Shown: positions 26,899 to 44,430 of the stretch, one piece after another
Numbering within the stretch: the stretch's first letter is position 1
Layout of the letters: the number at the start of each line of letters is the position of its first letter
Assembly (NCBI RefSeq): GCF_000150275.1
Contig: NW_002060962.1
Coordinates: 496,001-560,000 of the forward strand
DNA length: 64,000 nt
Source of the DNA: Trichoplax adhaerens
Lineage: Eukaryota > Animalia > Placozoa
Reading direction: 5' to 3'
Notes under the pieces: generated by a model
Database searches by the model: none
Told to the model about the DNA's origin: nothing
The model's input: the letters and a program-made list of their open reading frames with translations, nothing else
Made by a program: the position numbers and the translations under genes

Positions 26899-29618
26899 AT
26901 GACTGCTGGTTCCTTGGTTGCACTTCGCATGGTGGAAAAACTCTCTCCTAGAGTGATTCGAATATTGGGTTGTAATGCTAGACCGATGACTTTGCAAGGA
27001 ACAAATTCTTATCTTGTCGGAACTGGTAAAAGGTCAGTTAAACCTCATACTATTATTATAATGATATGGAATGATTGTCTGCTCCATCATCTCATACATT
27101 ATCCTCAACTTCTCCTTCTTATACTATATAATACAACAAATCTCATACTGTAGTGTATAACATTGTCCTCCATTTTCTCCTTCTTACACTATATGCTACA
27201 ACAAATCTTATACTGTATAACATTGTCCTCAATTTCTCCTTCTTACAGTATATGCTACAATAAGTGTATCCTATCATGATATCAGAATATTTCTAAAGCA
27301 TCATCGCATAGTTTGTTACCAAAAAAAACAACAATGTTTCCATTTCTATTTATATAGCGAGCATTGGGGAGATACCTGCAAGGTATAGATCATGTAGTTG
27401 TCAGTGTCTTGCCAACGTGTCTGTATTAGTAAGGTTATATTTCAATTTACTCAATTTGCAACCGAGTCTCTAAGATTAAGTCATGATCAACATCACAGTA
27501 TCTTTCGACCACTAGTCTCATAAATTGATTCACTCATCGTCATATTTACCTTCATTTATTGTACTGTATTTCTAGCAAACTAAAATGTGAACTGTAACAG
27601 CTGGTTATTTATTTTTGTTTTCCTCTTAGACGGTTGTTGATCGATACCTCGGATCCTGATGTTCCTGCTTATAGGAAATTACTCAATGATGTTTTAATTG
27701 AGAACGGTATTCACGTTCAAGAAATTATTGCTACTCATCATCACATAGATCACGTAGGAGCAATTGGCGACGTTATGGATCATGTAATCGGAGGTTAATG
27801 CTGACATGATATGCGAATACAGTCCTCATTGTGATGTACCCGTAGTATATTTTTACTGACTTCCATCAGAAACTTCTTAAAAGTCCCTGCTTCCACATAC
27901 GTATAGAGATGGATACAACTAGATTACGAGATCCTTCTTTCTCTCATATTCTCTCTATTAATAAAGGCCTATCTCTTACTATACCTTGTGTGTTAGCTCT
28001 CTATAAGACCACAGGATATATTACATATGTCTCTCAAAGTCAATGAGGATAAATACTGTACTACTAAAACTCTTGACATGGAAATTATCGGAACAAATAT
28101 AAAATTCTAGTTATTGCACCATTGCATACCTTTATACTCGTATAACCGTCATATATAGCTGCTTATAAAATGATGATAGGGTTACTACGATTTGTAAACT
28201 TATTCAGCATATTTAAAACTACAAAACAGAAATTGATTATTTAATATTGTTTAATATGATGCAGATAATAGTATTCGAATAAGCAAATTAGGATGGTATG
28301 ATCATCGAAATGAAGAAATACCTGGTAGAAAAGATCTAGATTATACATATTTTAATGAAGGTGATGAAATTAAAACTGAGGGGGCAACACTGCAAGTAAT
28401 TCATACGCCTGGTCATTGCGATGATCATGTAGCGTTCCTTCTAAAAGAAGAAGATGCTATATTCAGTGGTGATTGTATTCTTGGTCAAGGAACTGGGGTA
28501 GGTATCCGCAGTTCTGTTGTCACTTTTAAATCATATCAGCTAATTGAGCATTGCAAAAACTTCCATTCATGGTGCCCCTATTTTAGCACTGAGATGTATA
28601 AAATTGATTAAGCTTAAGGTTATTAGGTTGTATCGCTATAGAAACTTACTGCGATGACTAAAATATTAATTATAGTCTTCGATTAAATTGAGCTGTAGAT
28701 AATTAGTAGATGCAATGTCATTATATTAAGTTTAGTGACTACTTTTACGTTAACGTATAGCACATTTTCAATACGTACAATAGCAATACAAGAACATACA
28801 CCAAGAGGCTTATGTATCTCTACGGTAGGTATTAGTTATCTAGTTAAATGTGTTGGCTATTGTAGCATTTGTGCTTGCATGTTCTTGAATGTGTCTGATT
28901 CATGTTATTGTATAAGCCAAATATGTGTATATTATGAAATGTTACCGTATTGTATACTAATCAAAGTATTTCATCCGTTTCAGCAATTCGATGATTTATA
29001 TAAACTCTTGAAATCCTTAGAGAAGATACGTTCCTTTCAATCAAAATTAATATATCCTGGTCATGGTCCAATAATATTGGATACTGGAGCCAAAATAAAT
29101 GAATACATTGAACATCGAAAAGAAAGAGAGAAACAGGTTTTTCCTACTATTTAATTCATATTCACGAAGCTTTTTTGGTAACACCCATTAAGATAGATCA
29201 GCTCATTGGTAATTGTCAAATAAACATTCATTATTGGGTTTTATAGGTTTTAAACGTGATGACTCTTGCTAATAAAAAGCCGCTATCTACTACTCAGTTA
29301 GCGAAGATGGTCTACCAGGTTAGTTCCTAGATAATAGTCTATACTTCATATACGCATCTGCAAGGCGCTTCTGGCTTTATATTTAACATTTATGGCTGTT
29401 AGGGAGTGCCTGAAAGTTTAATGAAAGCCGCTGAAAGTAACCTTGTTTTGACTTTAAATAAAATGGTTATTGAAAAAACAGTTGGTAGGTTTGATGTGAA
29501 GTTTAATGGTATAATATAGCCAGCTCTATGTCGTAAAAACTAAGAATAACAAATTTAATTCTATTTAGCTAAAATTGAAGTTGACAAGCAAGAAATCAAA
29601 TGGGTCATAGCAAAATAG
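26899..29618 (+). CDS. LACTB2: Metallo-beta-lactamase-fold endoribonuclease LACTB2, paralogue B
   Basis: [73 protein letters not shown]; exon structure matches copy A; ends WVIAK*. Confidence 0.93.
27100..27262. repeat. ~62 bp tandem repeat (about 2.5 copies) in LACTB2-B intron 1
   Basis: tcctc...ttctccttcttaYaStatat..tacaa at about 27102, 27166 and 27227. Confidence 0.8.
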
Positions 29619-30744
29619 ATTTTGAAATAAGGTCAAACTTCCTGGAATTTCATAATAGGACTTATCTTGTGTTGCTTGAAGCTAATTCTAACTGCATGTA
29701 CTCGTGCGTATACTAATGTGGCATTTTTACATATTTAATTTTATCGATGCATAAGCTAATTATAATCGGATAGGTTGAGAAAAAAAAGTAACTATTTTGA
29801 TTATTACGAAAATTTAAACTTTTAATATAAATTAGGTTGTAATACTCTTATATACCTCATGCAGTACGTGTGCTACGGCATGAAAGCTCCTACAAATTCT
29901 GCTAGTTTTTTTCGCATAACGTAGATATTTATAATAAATAGTTTAACTTGAAAAATATCGATTTTAATAAATTCGGTATTTGTTGATGTCTTTTATTGCC
30001 TAGATATTTGTACTTTGCGAAAATACAGTGTAGTCTCAATGAAAACTTTGAGACACCTCACATGCACGCAAATTCTAAGAAACTTTCACTTTTACCGTAT
30101 TTCATGTCTGTAAGCCAAATTTTATTTTATAATTGCAAATTGAAAAATAATCACCTAGTCTATATACAAATACACAAAAATTAAGTATTAATGTGTGAAA
30201 ACTGTACAGATATGCTTAAACCAGATAGGAGAAATTAAATTCCTGGTATAATACGGCTATTTGTAAAAATTATATAATAGTATAGTGGTAAAGAATCGAA
30301 AGTCAACATACTAATGATCATAAAAACCAAATTCAGAGTAAAACTTTTTCGGGAAGAACAGAAACCAATGACGAAATTTCATTTAACATTAACCCAACTA
30401 TTGCTATACGTACTGTACAATGTACATATGCGTATACATAAATATGCATGATGGAAGAAACTTGACATATCAAATGGATAATAGGTAAAGTAATACCGTA
30501 AAGGGTTATTTCTATTTAATTAAGCGCAAATTAATTGAGCATTCATTCCGTTGGTACAACGGACAATTACAAATATATCACTTAACAGCTTCTTGAACAT
30601 TTTTTGAGTGTTGAAATATACAGGTACCTATTCATAAACCATCCATTGAAAATTTACAAATACAAAGATAATTTTTCCCTTGTATACCCGGTGAAAAAAT
30701 CTTATTTCCAACCGTAGGTAGTATTGGTATTACATTCATCTGAA

Positions 30745-35218
<4,474 letters not shown>

Positions 35219-35529
35219 GTTGGAAAGATTCGCTTGACCTATCTACTGCTTTGGATAAAATTGCTGATATTCTGATATTGGTTAACAACAAGTCAATTCT
35301 TCACAGAGCCATTGATACCCTGTCTATTCAATGGTGATAAACTATCGGAATTATAGTTGCTTGCGTCTTGATCAATAAGATTTACTTTTCTAAGGAAGAA
35401 AGATGAAAAATTTCCACATCAACTTTAATCCTTCTTCCCCAAGTGTAGTGGCATAGGGAGTGTTGCGCTGTGGGGTTGTCGCTTTACTGAATACACTGCG
35501 GCTATTACTATGGAAGGTCTATAGTAAAG

Positions 35530-35675
35530 CCGTTCAGTACTGTACTGTACTGTACGTTGAACTCATTGTACCTAATGCCCTTGACCAGGTGTACAGTACA
35601 CTGTACAGTACTGTACAACAAAGACACGATACATTGTACTGTATTAGATGCTGTCTTGTACTGTACAGTACGATA
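35530..35675. promoter_or_regulatory. TACTG/CAGTA cluster upstream of Hippo kinase
   Basis: cagtactgtactgtactgtac, gtgtacagtacactgtacagtactgtac and tgtactgtacagtac lie 310-460 bp upstream of the ATG at 35218. Confidence 0.55.
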
Positions 35676-37581
35676 ATTCTGCATTTTCAGATGAGCGTCC
35701 GGCCGTCCGTTTTTCAGATGGCGGACATGTTTTAGTGGGCAAACCACTTTGAATGAAGGTCATAGTAATTTAGCCTACAGTTCCAAACTGAATTACGGGA
35801 TGCATGATTGTATACGGGGGGTTTCTAACTTTCCAAACAGCTGAAAAGCTGACATTGACATAAATTAGAAAAATTAAAGGATGTAAATGTTTTAGATTGA
35901 AATCCAAGTTGTGTGCTTTTAAGGCATCATGGACGGATCGTTAAGCGAAAAAAAAATCCCACATTTGATATCGACAATGTAGTTTAAATCGACATGGAAA
36001 GGGTGCCATTGGCAAAATTTCCTTGCCAAATGGCACAAAACGACGCTAAATCGTGCCAATCGCACAGCTTCGAGATCGATTGAAATGATGCCATCGGTAT
36101 CAAATATGGATTTTTGTACACTGAACGATCAGTTAGTGATGATAATGCAGGGCCAAAATTGGGGCTCGGCTGTTAATATTGAATATTTTATCCAATCCCT
36201 TTCTCTGGTATACAGTGCATACAGTACGGTATTGCATATGGTCCCAGTTACTGTGGCAGGTTTTCTTTCTACTTGTAACTGTACAGTAGAGGGATCCAGA
36301 ATGTCAAAAATATTTCATAACGTTAGCTAGACACTTCTATATTGTGCCATATTACACTTTCTATCGTCGCTCCAAATTTCAAGTTAAGCAGTGATCAATC
36401 CATGTACTTTAACTACGATTCTGCTTTGCACCTTCGACAAGGGACTTTCTAAATATCGAAATGTAAAGGGCCCTGATTCCAACCCTAACATTGACGTTTC
36501 CGTCATAATGAAATGAATGTGATTCACCGGATAGCTCTTATTTGTGCTTCCTATGCTGGAAAATTTTTGTAGATCGAATAACTCTTCTTGTCAAGTCAAA
36601 TTACTCATTGGCGTAGGTATACGTAGTCGCGAATATAATATTTTATATTATACTCGTATACTGATATCATGACTACAAACTATACGCTTAGGATACCAGC
36701 AATTATGCTTACTAAATAACATACTATGATATCTGGCGGTCAGATATGCGTACTTGTAGAATATGCAATCCTGTATAAGCCTAACTATAATCAATTACGA
36801 CGAGTGATCCAGTACAATAGCATAAACTCGAATTTGAAGGTAACACTGAGGTATATGAAGTATTGTAGTGAAGATACCGTTCTATTACTATTTTAGATCA
36901 GACACAAGAACTTATTACTGATTCAAAATGACAACTGATAGATTTCAATTAATTACTGTTTACATCACAAATGTAAAATAGATAAAACATAAAGAATGAT
37001 ATCAGTTTCTCTTTATATATATCGCTTCACATTATCGATAGATATTAGCAACAATACAGCATTGAGTTCCAGTCATCAACAAAGGCAGCTTAAAGCAATT
37101 TGACGTCGAAACTAAAATAACTTACAAATATCAAAGAAAAAAATCTGTCCTATATTGTCTTATGTGATATAATTGAACGAATAGCAAAGCAATAAAATCC
37201 AGTAATATTGTGCATGTTCACTATACATAGCCTTTCTGACTGATTTAATAACATAAAACATTATACAGCACTATAATTTAATATAAGCGTGCACACATAA
37301 AATAGACGAACGTATAGAAATTAATTGCTTTTTATAGGATTTTATACCAGTATATTGGATACACCGAATTTAATAAAGTAGTAATCAATAATAAATGGTT
37401 ATGGGTGGTAAATTATAGTTCTCATCACTATTCAGACTTTCACAGTTATCAATTGCTAGTTCATACATTGTCACTACAAAAGCTTCGTATTAAATTTAAA
37501 ATATTCTATTGCATTAAATTAGCATTTCGTTATATGTTAAAAATAAAGTGAATAATTTGGCCCAGTATAAGTAACACTACA

Positions 37582-39774
37582 TCACGATAGTGAAGCTTCT
37601 TCCAATGAACTCCTGAAGGTTCCTTTTCTAGAAATAAGCCTCCTTGAAACTGGCTTAGCTAATTCTTCTATCCTTAGTGAACATTCAGCATTTAAAGCTC
37701 GTTTTGATACTTTTAAACTATGATCTTCGTGATTAATATGATAAACTTTTGACTTTGCTAGCTGCTGAATTCGAACTGAAGCATGTGCTTTTGTAGCTGC
37801 CATGCTGACTGTATCTATGTGAACGCGATCAGTAAGAAACTTGGGATGCAATCGCTTCGGCTTTGATAATTCTAAGATACGATCTGAACACTCGTAATCT
37901 GTAATGCTTACACGCCGCTTTTTACGCTTTTTGGTTGGTTGCTGTCTGTAATTAGAGTAGAAAAGGATGGTCAATCCAATCATGCACAGGTTTATTTTTT
38001 AGATTATACATTGAAGTATATCGTATGGCTACAACACTAAACAGATACGGTAATAATAAGATAGTCTCTAATTTTGACTGCTTAATTGTAATTTCAATAC
38101 TGCATAGCCTATTGCCTTATAGTTGCTACTAATATAATATTAGCAGAATAACTACGAACGATTCATAAACAGCACTCCAGGGCCGTACAGTAAATGGCTT
38201 TTTGGGCTGCGCAAGTTGTTCAATTCGTGCGGATGCCTGACCATACTTCAAAGCACTTTCAGCGACGCTTATATTATAACGATCTAATTGAAAATTCGAT
38301 GGCAATTGTTTGGGCTGTGCCAATGTTTCTATTCGTTGGCTCATGTTATAGTTCTTAGCAGAATTGCTAACACTCCAAGATGCAGAAGGCCTACGTAAGA
38401 ATTATAACAATTCTAATATGAATTTGATAATCTATGGTAGTATATGAATTATCTGTAATGCATTGCTTTTTATATATTCAAAATTTAGTTCAGAAGTTTA
38501 GATTGTACCTGTCCATCACAAATTGAGTTGGTAGTAGCTTCGGTTGTGCGAGAGCCTGGATACGTTCTGGAAGATCTGAGTCACATTTGAATAAATATGA
38601 TAAACATTAGTAATTTAAATTTAATGAAGCTCAAAGGTTATCAACAGTGCTGCAAGGATTTTGTATGAATAATCCTTTAGCAGGAGTTATACTATTGTAT
38701 ATCGATTTATCGCTTTTTTATGCTATGTTGGAGAATCATAACATTATAATTTAGCAACAGTCGATTTTAAGGATTAAATATTACAATGACTGATGCTATT
38801 AGAACATTTTAAGATTACTTCTGCTTAATCAAAAAACAGTTAATTGTAATAACACCTTAAAACTATGAGATGCTTTTATGGTACGTGTCATTAATCAATT
38901 CTATATAAAGATGCTCACCCTTATCTTTTGCTTTGCTATTTTTTTCGTGTAATTCATTTAGACGCTCATACACAGAACTCCTGCAAGTAAATACATATGT
39001 AAGTTAATATTTATATATACATAAATTGTATAATAAAGGTGAATTTTCTTGAGTTATTTACTTATATATCGCTGCTACATGATATGGGTATTCCATATCG
39101 CACATACTACGCCGAGTATTATTAGCATTTTACGAATTACTTATAATAACTGTCTTCAATAATTATAATAATTTCTTTACGTTCAATTTTAAGTTATAGT
39201 ATTCAATACAGCTACAACTGCTGGCATTACTATTATTATTTTGCCTTGGTGAATTCCATTTTGAATCTTAATCATGGGCTATTATCTTTATATTTATCAT
39301 ATCGTTACCTGTTAGGTTTATGTTGAGTTGGTAACTGTCTTGGTTTCGATATAACATTAATTCGGGTTTGTTTTTCTATTTAACGATTATAATCAAATAC
39401 TTATATTTTAGATGAGTAATTACTGTAGCCATAATATTAACAGTAACTTAGAAGTGATTTTACAGAACGTAGTGCATATATAGTTAAACTGTGATTGGAT
39501 TACAGGAGTTTCATTTAATGCGATTTTGGCAATATTACAAAATTCAGACTAATGAATTCAAGATGTATGACAGTACCTCATCCAGAATACTACATTTACG
39601 AATAATTTTACTAATATTTTGCCACCGTACTAGTAAAAACTGACAGATCATGTACTATACATATATGTACTCACTTTGCATAACAACATACGAGTATACA
39701 GATTACCAAAGCACTCATAATACTCGCACACGTATTAATTATTAAAGAATCTACTTACCAGTTGAATGATTCAT
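37582..39774 (-). CDS. THEG-repeat (testicular haploid expressed / SPMAP2-like) axonemal microtubule-associated protein
   Basis: Repeated R[IL]xxL[AS]xP[KR] units followed by V[SA]x[AS]AL: RINVISKPR, RIQALAQPK, RIETLAQPK, RIEQLAQPK, RILELSKPK, RIQQLAKSK, RIEELAKP. The 5' exons join in phase from the ATG at 39774. Confidence 0.8.
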
Positions 39775-40244
39775 GTCGATTTCTTAATTTACTTCTAATT
39801 AAGATATTCTCGTAAATCAGATAAATAATAGCAATGGATAAGTTAGGTAAAACTAACTAAAGACTGTCGTATTCCAATATTATCTCAGCGCAGTTCGTCC
39901 AGCCAAAGCAAGTTGATTTTATCACAGTTTCAAAGGTTTTATAATACTCTCTTTTCGATTGAGTGCCACGCTTTCATTACGTCTTCTGGTTAATTACAAT
40001 CTACCACCTCATACTGAAGTAAATTTTAATGTGGAAAATATAAAATACATGCACTAGCTGCTTTATAGTAGATATGGTCCAATAAGACGTGCAATGTTGA
40101 GTTCTGTTGACTTCTGTACGTTATATTTGCAAGTAAAGATAAGAAGCGTTGAGATGCGCTGTGATTTAATCCAGTAATGATTTACAACGAATACAATATA
40201 CTTATGGCTCATAGATAGAGTGTGAATGTGGCATATTAAGAACT

Positions 40245-40349
40245 GTTACTAAGTGACATATAACAAAAAAAATAGAAGAATGGCTATGTAGCTATTCATT
40301 TATTCTGCAAACATGTTTACTAGAAATTTAATACTGTTGCCTGGGCGAC
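40245..40349. promoter_or_regulatory. Candidate RFX X-boxes and forkhead site upstream of the THEG-repeat gene
   Basis: GTTACTAAGTGAC (40245-40257), TGTTTAC (40314-40320), GTTGCCTGGGCGAC (40336-40349). Confidence 0.55.
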
Positions 40350-40369
40350 GCGCAAGCGGTGTTCGATTA

Positions 40370-40652
40370 TGATTACAGTACAGTACAGTACGGTATACTA
40401 TACACTTATACAGTACAGTACTGTAGAAAAGTTGATAGAACACTTACTGTACCGTATTATTTTAGAGTGTACTGTACTGCACTGTACTGTACAGTACTGT
40501 ATGGCAGGGACTTCCAGTACAGTACAGTACAGTACAGACTGTAATAAGAAGTCCTTGCTGCAAATCCGTGTACTGTACTGTACTGTATTTGTAGTGTACT
40601 GTACACTGTACAGTACAGTACTGTACAGTATGCAGTGTACATAGTACTGTAG
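40370..40652. promoter_or_regulatory. Dense TACTG/CAGTA cluster in the divergent THEG/HDDC2 promoter
   Basis: About 280 bp dominated by tacag/tactg/tacactg units, ending about 70 bp before the HDDC2 ATG. Confidence 0.6.
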
Positions 40653-40721
40653 TCAAGAGTCATAGTAGCATGGTAGTGCTGCGCATGTCGTAGTAAATTG
40701 TATACAGAACTGCATCCGGCA

Positions 40722-42314
40722 ATGGCGGAAATTGAAGGGATATTTAAATTTATGAAAATATGTGGTCAGTTAAAGGTATATCACAATCAAAACTGGCTAA
40801 TTAGTTACATGTTAGATAATAAAGTCTAAAATCCAATTTGAATGTCGTATTCTACTCGTACGCATACCGTATTATTATAGTTTGAAATAGCTGAAGCCTC
40901 AAGATAATGTCATAATTGTAATAATAATAATTATATTTATTCGTCATGCAATAGAAAGTTAAACGTACGGGCTGGGTTAACCATCAAGTTACAGCTCCGG
41001 AAAGCGTTGCTGGGCATATGTATAGAATGGCCATGATGACCTTTTTACTTGATGATCCGGAAATCTCATTAGATAAGACGAGGTCAGTATGAAGTAGGGT
41101 GGGTAGAGTGTCAGATTCTTTAGGATAAGTTATTTACGTCACATGTATGCGTATCTATCGAATTGCACAGGCAATGTCATGATAGTTATTATTATTATTG
41201 TTATTATATTATCGGACATAATAAACGTGCTCGATAGATGTATGAAGGTAGCAATTGTACATGATTTAGCCGAGAGTATTGTTGGTGATATAACTCCATT
41301 CGATGGTGTGACCAAGGAGGATAAACACAGAATGGAGAAGGTTAGCTCTCAAATCCATTAAGCGTAGCAGAATCACTGATACCAATCAGAATTTGTTAGG
41401 TTTATGGCTTTGCAATTCTTTTTCTCACGCAATTCGAAATTTACTATCTTCTAGTGCTAACTTAACATTGCGTAATTTATAATTATAGGAAGCTATGCAG
41501 AGTATCAAAGCTTTAGTTAGCAATGAGGTATTGGAATAATGATGTCATATGTATAGGTACTGTAATATCTTTATTTATTATTAAAATATCAACCCAAACT
41601 TATGTATGCTGATTCATTCCGATAATGAAGGTTGGCGATGAAATCTTTAGCTTATGGGAGGTAAACTCATTTTACACTATCATTAATTGTCTTAAACTTA
41701 GAACCTTGTATCAATGCAGTCACGTAGAATCGAGTAAAGTTTACTTATATTCGAGATTTGCTTCATGAATTCAGAAATCAATAATTTTTCGTATGATATA
41801 CAGGAATATGAGACACAAGCAACTGCTGAGGCCAGGGCCGTTAAGGATTTGGACAGATTTGAGATGATATTACAAGCTTTTGAATATGAGGAAGGTAAGT
41901 TTTGTGCAGCCTTTAAAAAATACTCATATTGTTTTACTCAAAATATTGCATTATATTACTGAATAGGACAAAATATTTAAGTTCTTTCATTGTCAACTTT
42001 ATTCAATTACAGATGAAAATCGATTTGGAGACTTGGAAGATTTTTTTAAGTCTACCGAAGGTACGTTTTTTAGTTTATATCTTTGGAATCCTAAAATTTT
42101 TTCAGCATAGGCAATAATAAAATTTACAGTTATTGTTTTACTGTAGTAATGAAATCTTTAGTAGCAATATGGTCTGCATGCTATGTTATTTACGGAATGC
42201 TTCTTAATTATTCTTAATGAATAACAATCTATCGCTTCAGGTAAATTTAAGCATCCAGCTGTAAAAAGATGGGATAGCTATTTAAGAAATAAAAGAAGAG
42301 AGAAACTTAAATGA
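40722..42314 (+). CDS. HDDC2: HD-domain 5'-deoxynucleotidase
   Basis: GQLKKVKRTGWV, ESVAGHMYRMA, RCMKVAIVHDLAESIVGDITP, LWEEYE, VKDLDRFEMILQAFEYE, FFKSTEGKFKHP. Confidence 0.95.
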
Positions 42315-43439
42315 AATCGAACTGAATCTAAATATCGAAACCTATATATTAATCTAGCTGCTCTCTCTGTGTAAAGAGGTGTAAATACGTTATAATTTAC
42401 GTGTTTGGTTATTATCCAAGTCTCTGTTTATAAATTTTTCCGCTATACGAACATTGATCAAATCCGATTTTCACTGTTTGAACCTTGATATGGTGTTATG
42501 GATGGAGAGTCCACACATGGCTATTGTATTAGTATACATGTTGGTATCAAATATGTTGCTGTTGCTTGTACAATGCGTAAAATTATAATCGGTATACCGT
42601 CATGCATTAGATCAGTTGCAATTAATTGCAATACTATCTAACTCAGATTATTCTAATTAGCTAACGATTTTACGTTATCATAGATCACTGATCTTTTGCA
42701 ATAGCGATTAGTGTCTTCATACTTAATACGTCGCTGTTGTTAGTATTGTTGGATTTTAAGCTGTGATATCTGGGGCACATGAGACAAATTTTTACGCAAA
42801 TTTCAATATTGTACACATGTTTCAAGTAAATTGTCCATGCAAATTAAACTAGTAAAGGAGATTTCGACGCTGTAAAGTAGTGTTCTCTATTATAATTCTA
42901 TTTTGTAGCCTTTTAGACACATGTACTATGCAGTTTGTGGAAGATAATTTCATTTACGGCAGAGATTGTAGGCTTTTAGGATAAAATCTATCTACAAAAC
43001 TACGCATCATAAATTAAGTATTATTCGCATTCGTGATTCATTTCATTGGGGTCTACTGTTGCAAGATATGCTGTACGCGTATTGTCGATGCATGGTGTTC
43101 TACTGGTGGGATTATATCAAAGATACTGTAGAGTTATTAATCTATAGTTTATCAACATTAAATATCAACGCAGCCATTTCACAAATGAAATAAGCTAGCT
43201 TTTACTGTAATAAATCAACGTTGAAATTATTCTCATTTAAGTATCGGAAATATCAGGAACTGCTCAACTAAAAATTCTGCCTCAAAAGCCGAAATTCAAA
43301 AATTTTTCTCCAATACTTTTAGTCGAGTATATTACATAATTTTTTAGTTACGGCTTTTAAAGGAAACTTTTTAGTTGAGTAGTCCCTGGAAATATCTGCA
43401 ATTCAGATCTACGACATTGCTTTGCAATCAGCGAGTCGT

Positions 43440-44260
43440 TGTACTTACAGTGTACACTGCCTGGACTAGTGATTTGTATAGTACAGTACTGTACTATGCT
43501 TATAGTACATAAAGTATGAAGTACCGAACTGCATCCCACGTCTACTACTCAACTACTGTATTTCAGTTTAAGCATTGCAACAGCTCTTGCCCTTCTGAAC
43601 TGTACAGTGTACAGTACGTTATTGACAAAATACTGTACACTGTACACTGTACAAAACCTGGACTAGTGATTTGTATAGTACAGTACATACAGTATTAGTA
43701 CTGTACAGTGTACTGTACAGTACTGTGCTTACACTACATAAAGTATAAAGTACCGAACTGCATCCCACGTCTACTGAGTACTCAACTACTGTATTTCAGT
43801 TAAGCATTGCAACAGCTCTTGCCCTTCTGAACTGTACAGTGTACAGTACGTTATTGACAAAATACTGTACACTGTACACTGTACAAAACCTGGACTAGTG
43901 ATTTGTATAGTACTGTACTGTACAGTACTGTACTGTGCTTACACTACATAAAGTATAAAGTACCGAACTGCATCCCACGTCTACTACTCAACTACTGTAT
44001 TTCAGTTATGCATTGCAACAGCTTTTGCCCTTACTGAACTGTACAGTGCACAGTACTTTATTGGCAATAATACTGTAAACTGTACACTGTGCACTGTACA
44101 AAACCTGGACTAGTGATTTGTATAACATACTGTACTGTATACTGTGCTTACAGTACAGTACTGTCAATACATACAGTATGAAGTGCCGAACTGCATCCCA
44201 CGTCTACTACTCCACTACTGTATTTCAGCATTGCAACAGCTTTTGCCCTTACTGTACTAC
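43440..44260. repeat. Four tandem ~210-230 bp TACAG-rich repeats upstream of MRPS28
   Basis: cctggactagtgatttgtata...aagtRccgaactgcatcccacgtctact...gcattgcaacagctYttgccctt repeats four times; GAACTGCATCCCAC occurs at about 43526, 43756, 43966 and 44188. Confidence 0.93.
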
Positions 44261-44430
44261 ATGCTGACATTCGCTGCACATCGGCGCTCATTGCTCAACA
44301 TCTGGAAAGATAACTTGATTTAATAAGAACCTTTGAGGTTCTGCCCTAAATTTAGTGATTGATTAGGAACCTGAGAAACTAATTAAATTCAAAGCATAGA
44401 AGCAGGATATTTCTACAAATTAAGTGAATA

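Noticed and set aside
36149-36475. hAT-like MITE bounded by CAGGGCC/GGCCCTG
   Set aside because: Only a 7 bp inverted match and no 8 bp target-site duplication.
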